Source of the DNA: Eledone cirrhosa
Taxonomy: Eukaryota
Direction: 5' to 3'
Length of the DNA stretch: 64,000 nucleotides
Assembly (NCBI GenBank): GCA_964016885.1
Contig: OZ024741.1
Span: forward strand, 412,982,001 to 413,046,000
This document shows positions 1-11,750 of the stretch, one piece after another. The notes under the pieces were generated by a model. The model was not told the DNA's origin. It saw only the letters and a list, made by a program, of their open reading frames with translations, and did not search any database. Position numbers and translations under genes: made by a program. The stretch's first letter is position 1. The number at the start of each line of letters is the position of its first letter.

Positions 1-945
1 CTAAGACAGGAAAGAGCTATATGATGTTAGACCAAGGTAGACTAAGACAGGAGAGACGTATATGATGTTAGGCCAATGTAGACTAAGACAGGAGAGAAGA
101 GAGTTATATGATTTTAGACCAAGATAGTGTAAGACAGGAGAGAAGAGAGGTATATGATGTTAGACCAAGGTAGACTATGACAGGAGAGATGTATATGATG
201 TTAGACCATGGTAGACTAAGACAGGAGAGAGTTATATGATGTTAGATCAAGGTAGTCTAAAACTGTAGAGAAGAAAGGTATATGATGTTAGACCAATGTA
301 GACTAAGACAGGAGAGGTATATTATGTTAGACCAAGATAGACTAAGACAAGAGAGAAGAGAGTTTAATGATGTTAAACCAAGGTAGACTAATACAGGAGA
401 GAAGAGAGGGATATGATGTTAAACCAAGGTAGACTAATACAGGAGAGAAGAGAGGGATATGATGTTAGACCAAGGTAGATTGAGACAGGAGAGAGGTATA
501 TGATGTTAGACCAAGGTAGACTAAGACAGGAGAGAAGAGAGGTATATGATGTTAGCCCAAGGTAGACTAAGACTGGAGAGAAGAGCGGTATATGATGTTA
601 GACCAAGGTAGACTAAGACAGGAGAGAAGAGAGGTATATGATGTTAGACCAAGGTTGACTAATACAGGAGAGAAGAGAGGTATAAGATGTTAGACCAAGG
701 TAGACTAAGACATGAGAGAAGAGTGGAATACGATATTAGACCAAGGTAGATTTAGACAGGAGACAGGATATGATGTTAGACCAAGGTCGAATAAGACAGG
801 AGAGAAAAGAGCTATATGATGTTAGACCAAGGTAGACTGACATAGGAGAGAGGTATATGATGTTAGACCAAGGTAGACTAAGACAGGAGACAGGTATAAG
901 ATTTTAGACCAAGTTAGACTAAGACCACAGGAGCGAAGAGATAAT
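1..945. repeat. Tandem satellite/minisatellite, 46-bp unit with 41-bp variant (GATGTTAGACCAAGGTAGACTAAGACAGGAGAG[AAGAG]AGGTATAT), about 21 copies, runs off the window start
   Basis: Unit recurs directly, e.g. GGTATAT at 541 and 587; purine-rich + strand. Confidence 0.95.
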
Positions 946-1318
946 ATAGAAGATAAACGTCTTGAATAGCTCCTCTGTTGAATTTCCATGGGACCCACTA
1001 GTATTAATAGAAATAGTTTAATAGTAACTTATTGTATGTAAGATAAACATTGTGGCATATTAGTATTAGAGGTTCTTTCCAATATATTGGTAAAAATCAA
1101 TCAATTAGATGATTTGAAGGGGGACTTAAGTCACTCGTGCTCTAAGAAAGTCAAATTAAATATATTTATACTATTTATAGATTTCTGTTTTAAACAGAAT
1201 TTTTGTTTTAAAATCATCATCATTATCACTAATAACATTATTGTTATTTATTGTGGCACCAGCACTAAAGAGGTTGTTATGTCCTTGGCCCAACATTACC
1301 TTTCATCCTTCTTGTGTC

Positions 1319-2075
1319 CATCATCATCATCGTTTTTACGTCTGTTTCCATGATTGCTTGGTTGTGACAGGCCCTTCTCAGCACAACATCTCTCCACACA
1401 TCACAATCCTTTATCATCCCCTCTGTGAGTTTCAGTGATTTGAGGTCAGCTCTCACAACCTCTACCCAGGTCTTTCTTGGTTGTCTTCTATTGCAACTTC
1501 CTTCCACTGGGATTTCCTGGTATTTCTTCACCCCAAAATCATTGTCCATGCGCATCACATGTCCATACCAACATAGTTCTCTCTTGCACTCCACCGCAAA
1601 TACCTCTTAAACCCAGTTTCTCCCTTAGCTCATCCAAGTTCTCCTTCTCTCTCACACTTACATTGCACATCCAACAAAACATGGTTGCTTCATTTCTCTC
1701 CAGTCTACGCATATCTCCTGCAGTCACAGCCCATGTTTCACTACCATGCAGTATTGTACTTTGCACACAGGCATCATACAGTCACCCGTTCGTATGTAGG
1801 GAGAACCTTTTATTGTCAACAGAGGGAGTAGCTCTCTAAACTTCTTTCATCCTATCCATAGTCTAGCTATTATGCTCTCCGAGCACCCTCCTCCATTGCT
1901 AATTACGTTGTCTAGATAGCTGAAGCTATTAACCACTTCTATGGGTCACTCCTGTGACGGCAATAGGCTTACATCACTGTGTACCCTCTACAAACAAAGT
2001 TTTCCCTTTCTGTTAACTTACTTGTTATGACACTACATCTCTTATGTATCCAAGATTTACATATAATCAAATACC
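1319..2075 (-). mobile_element. Degraded RTE-clade LINE 3' fragment (short-3'UTR type)
   Basis: Minus-strand ORF pieces HGSETWAVT..RRLERNE and WYGHVMRMD..PRKTW; (GAT)n tail at ~1319-1331. Confidence 0.85.
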
Positions 2076-2149
2076 AGTTATCTACTGAGGTTCAATAAAA
2101 TTGACTCCCCCCCAAAGAAATTTACTGGATTTATATCCAAATTAGATAT

Positions 2150-2213
2150 CACTACTACTACCACTACTACTACCACCACTACTACTACTACTACCACCAT
2201 CACTACTACTACC

Positions 2214-2278
<65 letters not shown>

Positions 2279-2296
2279 TACTACTACTACTACCAT

Positions 2297-2346
<50 letters not shown>

Positions 2347-2483
2347 GTACTACCACCACCACCACCACCACTTCTACTACTACTACTACCACCACCACCA
2401 CCACCACCACCACTTCTACTACTACTACCACCACCACCACCACTACTACTACCACCACCACCACCACTACTACTACTACTAGC

Positions 2484-2533
<50 letters not shown>

Positions 2534-2772
2534 CACTACTACCACTACCACCACCACCGCCACTACTACTACTACTACTACCTCCTACTACTACCACCAC
2601 TACTACTACTACTACAACTACGACTACTACTACCACCGCAACCACCACCACCACCACTACTACCACTACCACCACCACCACTACTACCACCACCACCACC
2701 ACCACCACTACCACCACCACCACTACTACCACCACCACCACCATTACCACTACTACTACTACTACTACCACC

Positions 2773-2807
<35 letters not shown>

Positions 2808-2984
2808 CACTACTACTACTACCACCACCACTACTACCACCACTACCACCACTACTACTACTACTACTACTATTACTACTACTACTACCACCACTACCAC
2901 CACTACTACTACTACTACTACTATTACTACTACTACTACTATCACTACCACCACCACCACCACTACCACTACTACTACTATTAC

Positions 2985-3029
<45 letters not shown>

Positions 3030-3030
3030 A
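2150..3030. repeat. Compound trinucleotide microsatellite (ACT)n/(ACC)n, ~880 bp
   Basis: Directly visible; gives spurious poly-Val and Gly-Ser ORFs. Confidence 0.97.
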
Positions 3031-3085
3031 AAATAAGAATAAGATTTAATAATGTAATTTTGATTTGATATATTACAAAAAATAA

Positions 3086-3261
3086 TTGTTTCTACTTTTG
3101 GCACAAAGCCAGCAATCACCCAGTACATTACTGGTACTTTATTTTATCGACCCCGTAAGGATGAAAGGCAAAGTTAACCTCGACGAGATTTGAACTCAGA
3201 TCGTAAAGGGAAATATCTATGCTGGAAAGCATGTCCGACCCTCTACCGATACTGCCAATCC
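3086..3261 (-). mobile_element. tRNA-derived SINE, family 1
   Basis: Reverse complement of the copies at 15634 and 35962; A box TGGCAGTATCGG, B box GAGTTCAAATC. Confidence 0.8.
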
Positions 3262-3657
3262 AATGTTTTCCAATTTTTCATGCATTACATTTTACATTGA
3301 GTAATATTGAAATGCAGAGTTTTTCTCCATATTTTATATCACTGATTTAAAATCAATCATCATTTTCTTACAAAAAAATGTGTGAAACACAGCAAGGCGC
3401 GGGTAACTTGGCTAGTATATATATATATATATGTATATATATATAAATTTCAACCTTTCTCTATTTATCGTTATTGTGGTATATATATGCCCACCGCCTT
3501 CGGTTGTTTTTTCTTGGCGTCACACTTTTTAACTGTTGTATTTACCCTGGGCGATAATGTATTAACATAACCGCTCTACTAAGTGATTTGTAATTGCCTC
3601 AAACAACTCAAGTAGTACTTGCTGTATCGCAGCTATAACTTCGATGCATACCTAATG

Positions 3658-4263
<606 letters not shown>

Positions 4264-4282
4264 ATATATATATATATATATA

Positions 4283-4932
4283 TCATCATCATTTTACGTC
4301 TACTTTTCCCTGCTTGCAAGGGTGGGATGGGTCTTATTCATCACAGCATCTCTCCACTTGTCGCGGTCCTTCGTCATCTCCACCGTGAGCTTCAGCGATG
4401 TGATGTCTGTTCTCACCACCTCCGCCCATGCTTTTTGTGGTCTACCTCTACCACGTCTTCCTTCAACTGGCATTTCCTGGCACTTCTTCACCCATTAGTC
4501 ATCCTCCATGTGCATCACATGTCCATACCACCTCAGTCTCCTCTCTCGCACACTACATTATATCCCTCTCAGACACAGTTTCTCTCTCAGCACTTTCATG
4601 CTGGGTCGTTCACGCACATTGACATTGCACATCCAACGGAGCATGCTTGCCTCATTTCTCTCCAGCCGTCGCATATCCTCGGCAGTTGCTGCCCATGTCT
4701 CACTACCATGCAGCATCGCGCTCCTCACACAAGCATCATATAACCGGCCTTTCGTACGCAGGGAGAAACCCTTCTTCGTCAGCAGAGGAAGCAGCTCCCT
4801 AAACTTCTTCCAACCCGTCCTTATTCTAGATACTATGGCCGCGGAACACTCCCACTCCCATGCTAATCTCATCTCCCAGGTACCGGAAGCTATCCATCAC
4901 TTCTATAGCCTGCATTTGAAAAATGTGTCTAT
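4283..4932 (-). mobile_element. RTE LINE family B 3' fragment; the ORF ends close to the tail
   Basis: ORFs 4558-4872 (GWKKFRELLPLL..HGSETW) and 4300-4491; matches the 3' part of 27520-29445. Confidence 0.88.
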
Positions 4933-5180
4933 CAAGACACTTTATTTTACATTGCTCCAGTATACTCAGCTGTAGAAATGAGATGATAAGGACTGGGTCC
5001 CTATCATTCCACTGCAAAGTGGTCGTGGAGGTGCCACACAAAAAAGCACCCAGCACTCACTGTAAATGAGGTTGGTGTTAGGAAGGGCATCCAGCTGTAG
5101 AAATCAAGCCAGAATCAGTTCCCATCCCACCCTTGCAAGCAGGGAAAAGCGGACGTAAAAAAAAAATGATGATGACGATG
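4932..5180 (+). mobile_element. SINE family 2, 5'-truncated, RTE-type tail
   Basis: Matches the body and tail of the full-length copies at 22318-22633 and 30040-30367; (GAT)n tail. Confidence 0.85.
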
Positions 5181-5185
5181 ATATA

Positions 5186-5270
<85 letters not shown>

Positions 5271-6065
5271 ATTAAGGATACTATTTATGGTTATGTACAT
5301 ACTAAAACTTTTTATAGTTATATATATTTTAAACCCTAAACAGTGAAAGACAGTAATTCATTACTACCTTATTACGAGTAAGATAAATAGCTCAATGTAA
5401 TAACATCAGTTGTTCTACAGAGCAGTTATATAGAAATCACATGAATCAAAGTTCTGTTCAAACCATTTATTACCTTACAATTGTTTCGTCCAAACCGAGG
5501 TTTGGAGTCTTCGGAGCAATTTTTCAATGATTGTTTACATACATGACCTCCTTTCCAACACAAGAGACATCCAGAAACACATGTATATATCGATGCACAA
5601 TGGGGTGACATCCATTATAATATTTTAGCATGGCAATTTACATTCAAAAATTAAAATCATTATCTGAAGAAAATTAAAACAAAATTAAAGTTAAAATACA
5701 ACATCGGCAGATTACGAAGATAATGCAAGAGGATAGTTTGAAGTAGTTAGTGTATGCAATAGTTACACGTGGGGCATGCACGTGTGTCTTATTTATATAA
5801 GATTAATGTGCGGCAAGGTGTTATATGCAATACAAGCACTTTAAGCGGGTAAACAAGAGTATTATGGGGGTTGTACTGGTAAAGTATTTTTTTATGTATG
5901 ATAAAGAAGCTTGTGTGCAGAGAAATATTAAAAATGAGAAGCAAAATAATGTTATGGTTTTCGTATACACCACCATTTTCACAATCCAGGAAACGTAATA
6001 TATAGATTATATGTCCTTCACACAATTCACGATGATTCAGTATTGGAAGCTTGATGTATTAGGTT

Positions 6066-7440
6066 GCACTTCTACTTATAGACTATAAAAAATTCAATAT
6101 AGAAAGAACTAGAAAATTATTGCACAAGACATTAAAAAACTATAACCGTAGTATCACCATAGACAAAAACACTAAAAACGTTAACTTCCTAGACGCAACC
6201 CTCTACCTAGACTCAAAGATATATACACCTTTCCATAAACCTAACGAAAAACTGATTTACGTAGATACCAAGTCTAACCACCCTAGATCAATATTAAACT
6301 CTATCTCTAAGGGAGTATCCAATAGAATCTCTAATCTATCCTATGACGTAAACATATTTAGCAAAAACTCACAATATTATAATCAGGCATTAGCTAGATC
6401 AGGCCATAATATAGAGATCGAGTTCCTACCTACAAAAACACATAGCTACAACATTATTTCGCACAATATATCCATGAGGAAATTTAGTAATAAGAATAGC
6501 AACCACACACACACTAATACGAAGGATGCCAACAAACGTAACCCACACCACAGAAGTTACCATAGTACCATAAAAGGAAACAACTCATCAGACATAAAAA
6601 AGAAATAATACATTTTTCAACCCTCCTTTCAATCTAAACGTCTCTACCAACCTACCTAAGGCTTTCTTCTCACTCCTAGATAAAAACTTCCCATCTGGCC
6701 ACAAGTACCATATCCTTTTAAACAAAAACACAATTAAAATCTCCTACTCTACTACGCCTAACATAGCATACCACATAGCTAGCAGCAATAAAAGAAATAT
6801 TAATTTTTACCTCCAACAAACTAAATCACAACAGGCGGTAAACCTTCAAAATAACATTATATCAACTAACCCTGATAACAATAGTAATAATGGTAATAGC
6901 ACTAGTGTAAACAATAACGCTGGGAACGACAACCCCCATAACCATAATCCTACAGCTACCATCCAGACTTCTACACAACATAATAACCGGCAGGCTAACA
7001 CCCAGAATAATTGTAACTGTAGATCTAATAGAACCTGCCCTTTAGATAAAAAATGCTTAATCAAGGATATCATATACTCATGCACCGTCACAACTAGCAA
7101 CTCTTCTGAAACCTATATAGGCTCTACTTCAAACTGCTTCATAACCAGATACAATTCGCACCTCCACTCTTTCAAAAAACACAGTCTAGCCAACTCCACT
7201 TCACTATCTAGCTACATACACTATCTAAAAACTAAAAATAGATCTTATACATTTAAATGGGAAGTGATAGGTAAGGCGACATCGTACAAACCACCTAATA
7301 CATTTTGTAACCTCTGTCTACTAGAGATCCATACTATTATCTTCTCAAACCATAATCTCCTTAATAAAAAATCAGAAGTGTTCGCGTCATGCCAGCACCG
7401 CTTCCGACACTCCTTCCAAAACTTTAAACCCAATATATAG
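6066..7440 (+). pseudogene. PLE ORF fragment: RT C-terminus/thumb, linker and GIY-YIG endonuclease; one frameshift in the A-run at ~6596-6601
   Basis: Frame 3: ..VNFLDATL..FHKPNEKLIYV..SNHP. Frame 1 is open 6598-7440 by hand translation: FFNPPF..DKNFP..KISYS..CNCRSNRTCPLDKKC..IIYSC..YIGSTS..RYNSH..W..CNLCLLE..LLNKKSE..CQH. Confidence 0.9.
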
Positions 7441-8911
7441 CAACGTCAGACTTGAACCCATCACCACTTCTAGCAACACACCTCAAGGGCACACATTACA
7501 CCACAACTCCACACTCAATGATCCACCTATCTTAACACAATTAGTGACATCTATCTAGAACCTTTTACCCTAGAAATATCCCCATGTACATCTACTTTTA
7601 GTATGATTGCCTTCAATTACTTAGACAACATTACACCACTATATAAGTAAATGTAAACTTTAAACACTGAATTGTTTGTGCTATTGTTGTTCTGTGTATG
7701 GAGTGCCATCATTGGATAAATAGAAGGTTAATTTATTAATTTATTCACATAAAAGAGCTATATAACCTATATGTTGAGTACAACGAATTATGTACAAGTG
7801 GTATATGAGTTATACATACATGTATGACTTGATGGACAGATTAATGACATTGTAAGGGAGAATTGCTCTCTGGTCTACCCAAGAGATATTTAACTTTGCC
7901 ATGCAATCAGACATGCACTGACCCAGAGCTTACCAGGTGTTGTATATAGACGTAGTTCTAATAAAACCCTGCCAGGTTCTGTGGGTAGACTACATTTACA
8001 AAGATCATTGATTTGGAGATCTGACACTTCATGTGGAATATTCAGTTGTGGCACTCTATGATAGAAGGTAATCATCCTAATATGGACACCTTTGGTACTT
8101 CTTGATAGAGTAGACTGTAATTTAAAGATAGGCTACTTAAATTTAGAAACTGTTTATAACCATATATGTTGGGGACTCAATTGGGACACCGTTTAATATA
8201 TATTGGAATAATAAATTTAGTTATAGAAATCAGCTAGTTACCTCCCCTCACGCATTGACTCCGCTTAATCACACACATACTTCCGGAAAATAAAACGATG
8301 TAAATGCTCGCAACTAAAAACCTGCTCTATAAAATTGGATTAAAGAACAACATGCTGTAATAATCTAACCTAATACATCAAGCTTCCAATACTGAATCAT
8401 CGTGAATTATGTGAAGGACATATAATCTATATATTACGTTTCCTGGATTGTGAAAATGGTGGTGTATACGAAAACCATAACATTATTTTGCTTCTCATTT
8501 TTAATATTTCTCTGCACACAAGCTTCTTTATCATACATAAAAAAATACTTTACCAGTACAACCCCCATAATACTCTTGTTTACCCGCTTAAAGTGCTTGT
8601 ATTGCATATAACACCTTGCCGCACATTAATCTTATATAAATAAGACACACGTGCATGCCCCACGTGTAACTATTGCATACACTAACTACTTCAAACTATC
8701 CTCTTGCATTATCTTCGTAATCTGCCGATGTTGTATTTTAACTTTAATTTTGTTTTAATTTTCTTCAGATAATGATTTTAATTTTTGAATGTAAATTGCC
8801 ATGCTAAAATATTATAATGGATGTCACCCCACTGTGCATCGATATATACATGTGTTTCTGGATGTCTCTTGTGTTGGAAAGGAGGTCATGTATGTAAACA
8901 ATCATTGAAAA

Positions 8912-8963
8912 ATTGCTCCGAAGACTCCAAACCTCGGTTTGGACGAAACAATTGTAAGGTAAT
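8912..8963 (+). ncRNA. Hammerhead-ribozyme-like motif, type I minimal, CCGAAGA core variant, in the PLE pLTR; mirror copy ~5469-5520 on -
   Basis: ATTGCT-CCGAAGA-stem II TCCAAACC/GGTTTGGA-GAAA-CAATTG(palindrome)-TA-AGGTAAT. Confidence 0.65.
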
Positions 8964-9041
8964 AAATGGTTTGAACAGAACTTTGATTCATGTGATTTCT
9001 ATATATATATATGTGTATATTTATATATATATACATATGTA

Positions 9042-9111
<70 letters not shown>

Positions 9112-9169
9112 TGTGTGTGTGTGTGTGTGTATATTTATATATGTACATATATATATATACGTATATATA

Positions 9170-10400
9170 TCATCATCATCATCATCATCACCATTTTACG
9201 TCCGTTCTTCCACGCTAGCATGGGTTAGACGGGTTGTCCTGTTGTGGGCAGTGTCGGGTCGGCTGACCTTGTCTTGCTCACACGGGAACTGGTTCTGGCT
9301 TGATTTCTACAGCTGGATGCCCTTCCTAACGCCAACCTCATTTACATGAGTGCTGGGTGCTTTTTTGCCGTGGCGCCTACACGTCCACTTTACAGTGTGG
9401 GCTGGGTGCTTTTTTGCCGTGGCACCTCCACGACCACTCTGCAGTGGGAGGGTGTGGGGGCATATTGTCTATATACTTCAGCTTCGGCTTGTACCCGTGG
9501 GGGGTCGGGTATTCTGTATTACTGCATGACGCCAGAGGTCACGGTCGTGTGTCATCGCCTTTGAGAGTTGTAGTTAGGTAAGGTCAGCTTTTATCACCTC
9601 ATCCCAGATCTTCTTGGGTCTCCCCACTCCGCGGTTTCCATAGACTTCTATTGCTTTGCACCTTTTTATGCAGCTGTCATCCTTCATACCCATCACATGT
9701 CCATACCAGCGCAACTTCCTCTCCTGCACACAGCATTTGCTTCCTCTTATGCTAAGTCTCTCTCTCAATTCATTTATGCTTTGCCGTTCGCGTATATTAC
9801 TATTACACATCCATCGGAGCATGCAGGCTTCATTTCTTTCTAATCTATGCAAGTTTTCCACATTCAGTCTCACTACCATGTAACATTGCTGTTCGTATAC
9901 ACGCATCATACAGTCTGCCTTTCATTTTGAGGGAGAAGCCTTTTGCAGCTAGCAGTGACCATAGCTCCTTGAACTTCTTCCATCCCGTTCTTACCCTAGT
10001 TATTGTACTTTCTGAACACCCACCTCCCCTGCTAATTCGGTCACCTTAATTCGGTCACCTAGGAGGCAGAAGCTGTCTACTGTCTCTACAGAGCCCTCCC
10101 AGAGATTGGTGGTACTTGTTTCCTGTGGCTGTTTGCTGCTTGCTGTCCCAGTACAGCTGCTGCATGTGAAGCCTACATTCTTAATTAAGCTTCCTGAGAC
10201 CCGCTACATCTCTTGTGTACCCATTGTTTGCATTTGGGGCAGAGAATGGAGTTCCTACCTACACCTTCCCTACAGACTGAGCAAGGCCATTTCCCTGAGG
10301 GGATCTGGGTTCTGTTTTCTCGTCTACTTACAAGGACCTTAGTATTTGTGAGGTTGACTTTGAGACCCTTTCTTTCTAGTCCCTGCTTCCAAGTTTGGAA
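9170..10400 (-). mobile_element. RTE LINE family A, 5'-truncated
   Basis: ORF 9574-9909 (ERNEACMLRWMC..WYGHVM..GRPKK); colinear with 32298-33755. Confidence 0.9.
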
Positions 10401-10539
10401 AATAAATTTGAAGATTAAAATCCAAAGAGGGCTCGATAAGGATAAATATATATCAAATATATAAGAACCCTAGAGCAAATATTTATTAAAATAACAGATT
10501 AAAGTTTAAGCAAAGAATCGCTGCTTTCACCCTTATATA

Positions 10540-10730
10540 GGAAAATGTTTAACCCCGACGGCAAAGCTAAAGCCGTTTCGACGGCTATTTCTGGACAGAA
10601 ATAGCCGTCGAAACGGCTTGAGCTCTGCCGTCGGGGTTTACATTTTCCTATTATCCACTCTACTACGCTAAGTATTGAGTACTCTGGTGCGTTATGGTCC
10701 ATCTGGTTCCTTACCACACCTCCTTCGTTA
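10540..10730 (+). repeat. Fold-back palindrome (~10540-10650) of a PLE-pLTR-like family containing a hammerhead 3' half
   Basis: TAGGAAAATG..GCTATTTCT mirrored by AGAAATAGC..CATTTTCCTA; GAAAC-GGC..GCC-GTC-GGGG; related copies at 11590-11750, 26565-26790, 27060-27210. Confidence 0.75.
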
Positions 10731-10744
10731 TATATATATATATA

Positions 10745-10963
10745 TGTTTATTTATATAAATAGCTACTATGACAGCAAACATCATGAGATATTTGTTATG
10801 AGATATATATATATATATCAGGACTACATGTGGTTTAAATATATTTGTAATTACAAAGATTAGAAAAATAACTTCTGGTATATATTACTAATTAATATAT
10901 CGTTTCTTTTCATTAACTATCTTTTAATATATTACTAGTATTAGTTAACTAAGCATGTCACTA
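10745..10963 (+). repeat. Dispersed ~215-bp AT-rich repeat of unknown class; second copy ~21743-21960
   Basis: Near-identical ..AAATAGCTACTAYGACAGCAAA..CAGGACTACATGTGG..GTCACTA at both loci. Confidence 0.8.
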
Positions 10964-10987
10964 TATATATATAAATATATATATATA

Positions 10988-11358
10988 CTAGAAGATTTAC
11001 CCGGCGTTGCTCTGGGTTTGAAATTATGCTAAGAATATACAGCTAGGAAGTAAAAGAGGTTTCCATATCTCACTCTCTTTATAAGGATTGTCAATAAAGT
11101 TGGTTATCTCCTTTTTTTATAAGGATTGTCAATAAAGTTGGTTATCTCCCTTACATCAATTTTGCTACCGATAATTTTGATATCGATTTTTTATTGCTCA
11201 ACGTGGGTCGATTGGAAAAATTTGATGTGACCATCTTAGCGACCTGTGCAACGTGCACAGAAAATTTGGTCAAATTCGGTTGGTAATTGTAAAAGCCTTA
11301 GGTATCCAAAGTTGTACACAGACACACACACATCCTCGCTTTTATATATATATAAAGA
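10988..11358 (-). mobile_element. Non-autonomous Helitron, ~370 bp
   Basis: Minus strand begins TCTTTATATATATATAAAAG and ends with the CCCAGAGCAACGCCGGG hairpin then CTAG|T; same termini as 39545-40452. Confidence 0.8.
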
Positions 11359-11431
11359 TATATATATATATATAATTACAACAGTGACATAAACAGGTAA
11401 GAAAAATAATCTTTCTTTTTCTTTTTCTTAT

Positions 11432-11484
11432 GACAGGCTGAATGAGTTGGGGGTCCAAAACCCAACGAAACTTGAGTACTTGTT
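11432..11484 (+). ncRNA. Hammerhead-like motif with an extra core nucleotide (CTGAATGA)
   Basis: ACAGG-CTGAATGA-GTTGGG/CCCAAC-GAAAC-TTGA-GTA-CTTGT; inverted copy of its downstream flank at 11378-11399. Confidence 0.6.
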
Positions 11485-11750
11485 TATGTCACTGTTGTTA
11501 TTATTTATACTAAACTCCTCCTATGAACTGAGTGCTCTTACTCTTGGATATTTCTACCAACTTTTACTACAGAATATATATATATATACCGTTTTGACAG
11601 ATATATCCTAGTTCGGATCTAGCTGTGGAAACGGCCGAAGCTCAGCCGTCGGGGTCCTGACTCTTTTCCTATTACCCACTCTACTACCCTAAGTATTGAG
11701 TACTCTGGTGCGTTATGGTCCATCTGGTATCTTACCACACCTTCTTTGTT

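Larger units (their letters stand above)
5427..9005 (+). mobile_element. Penelope-like element (PLE), 5'-truncated, with an inverted copy of its 3' pLTR at the 5' end
   Basis: Inverted arms 5427-6065 and 8367-9005 are nearly identical; internal RT-tail and GIY-YIG coding; hammerhead-like motif in the arms. Confidence 0.9.

Noticed and set aside
2078-3128. Poly-Val and Gly-Ser ORFs
   Set aside because: Translations of the (ACT/ACC)n microsatellite
6066-7440. Selenocysteine recoding or programmed frameshift in the PLE ORF
   Set aside because: The conserved Cys codons I translated are TGT/TGC with no in-frame TGA. The single frameshift lies in an A homopolymer and is more simply a mutation or sequencing error.
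5426-9004. Duplicated 61-aa peptide MSPHCASIY.. and DNA-transposon TIRs
   Set aside because: This is a by-product of the inverted pLTR. The interior encodes RT and GIY-YIG rather than a transposase.
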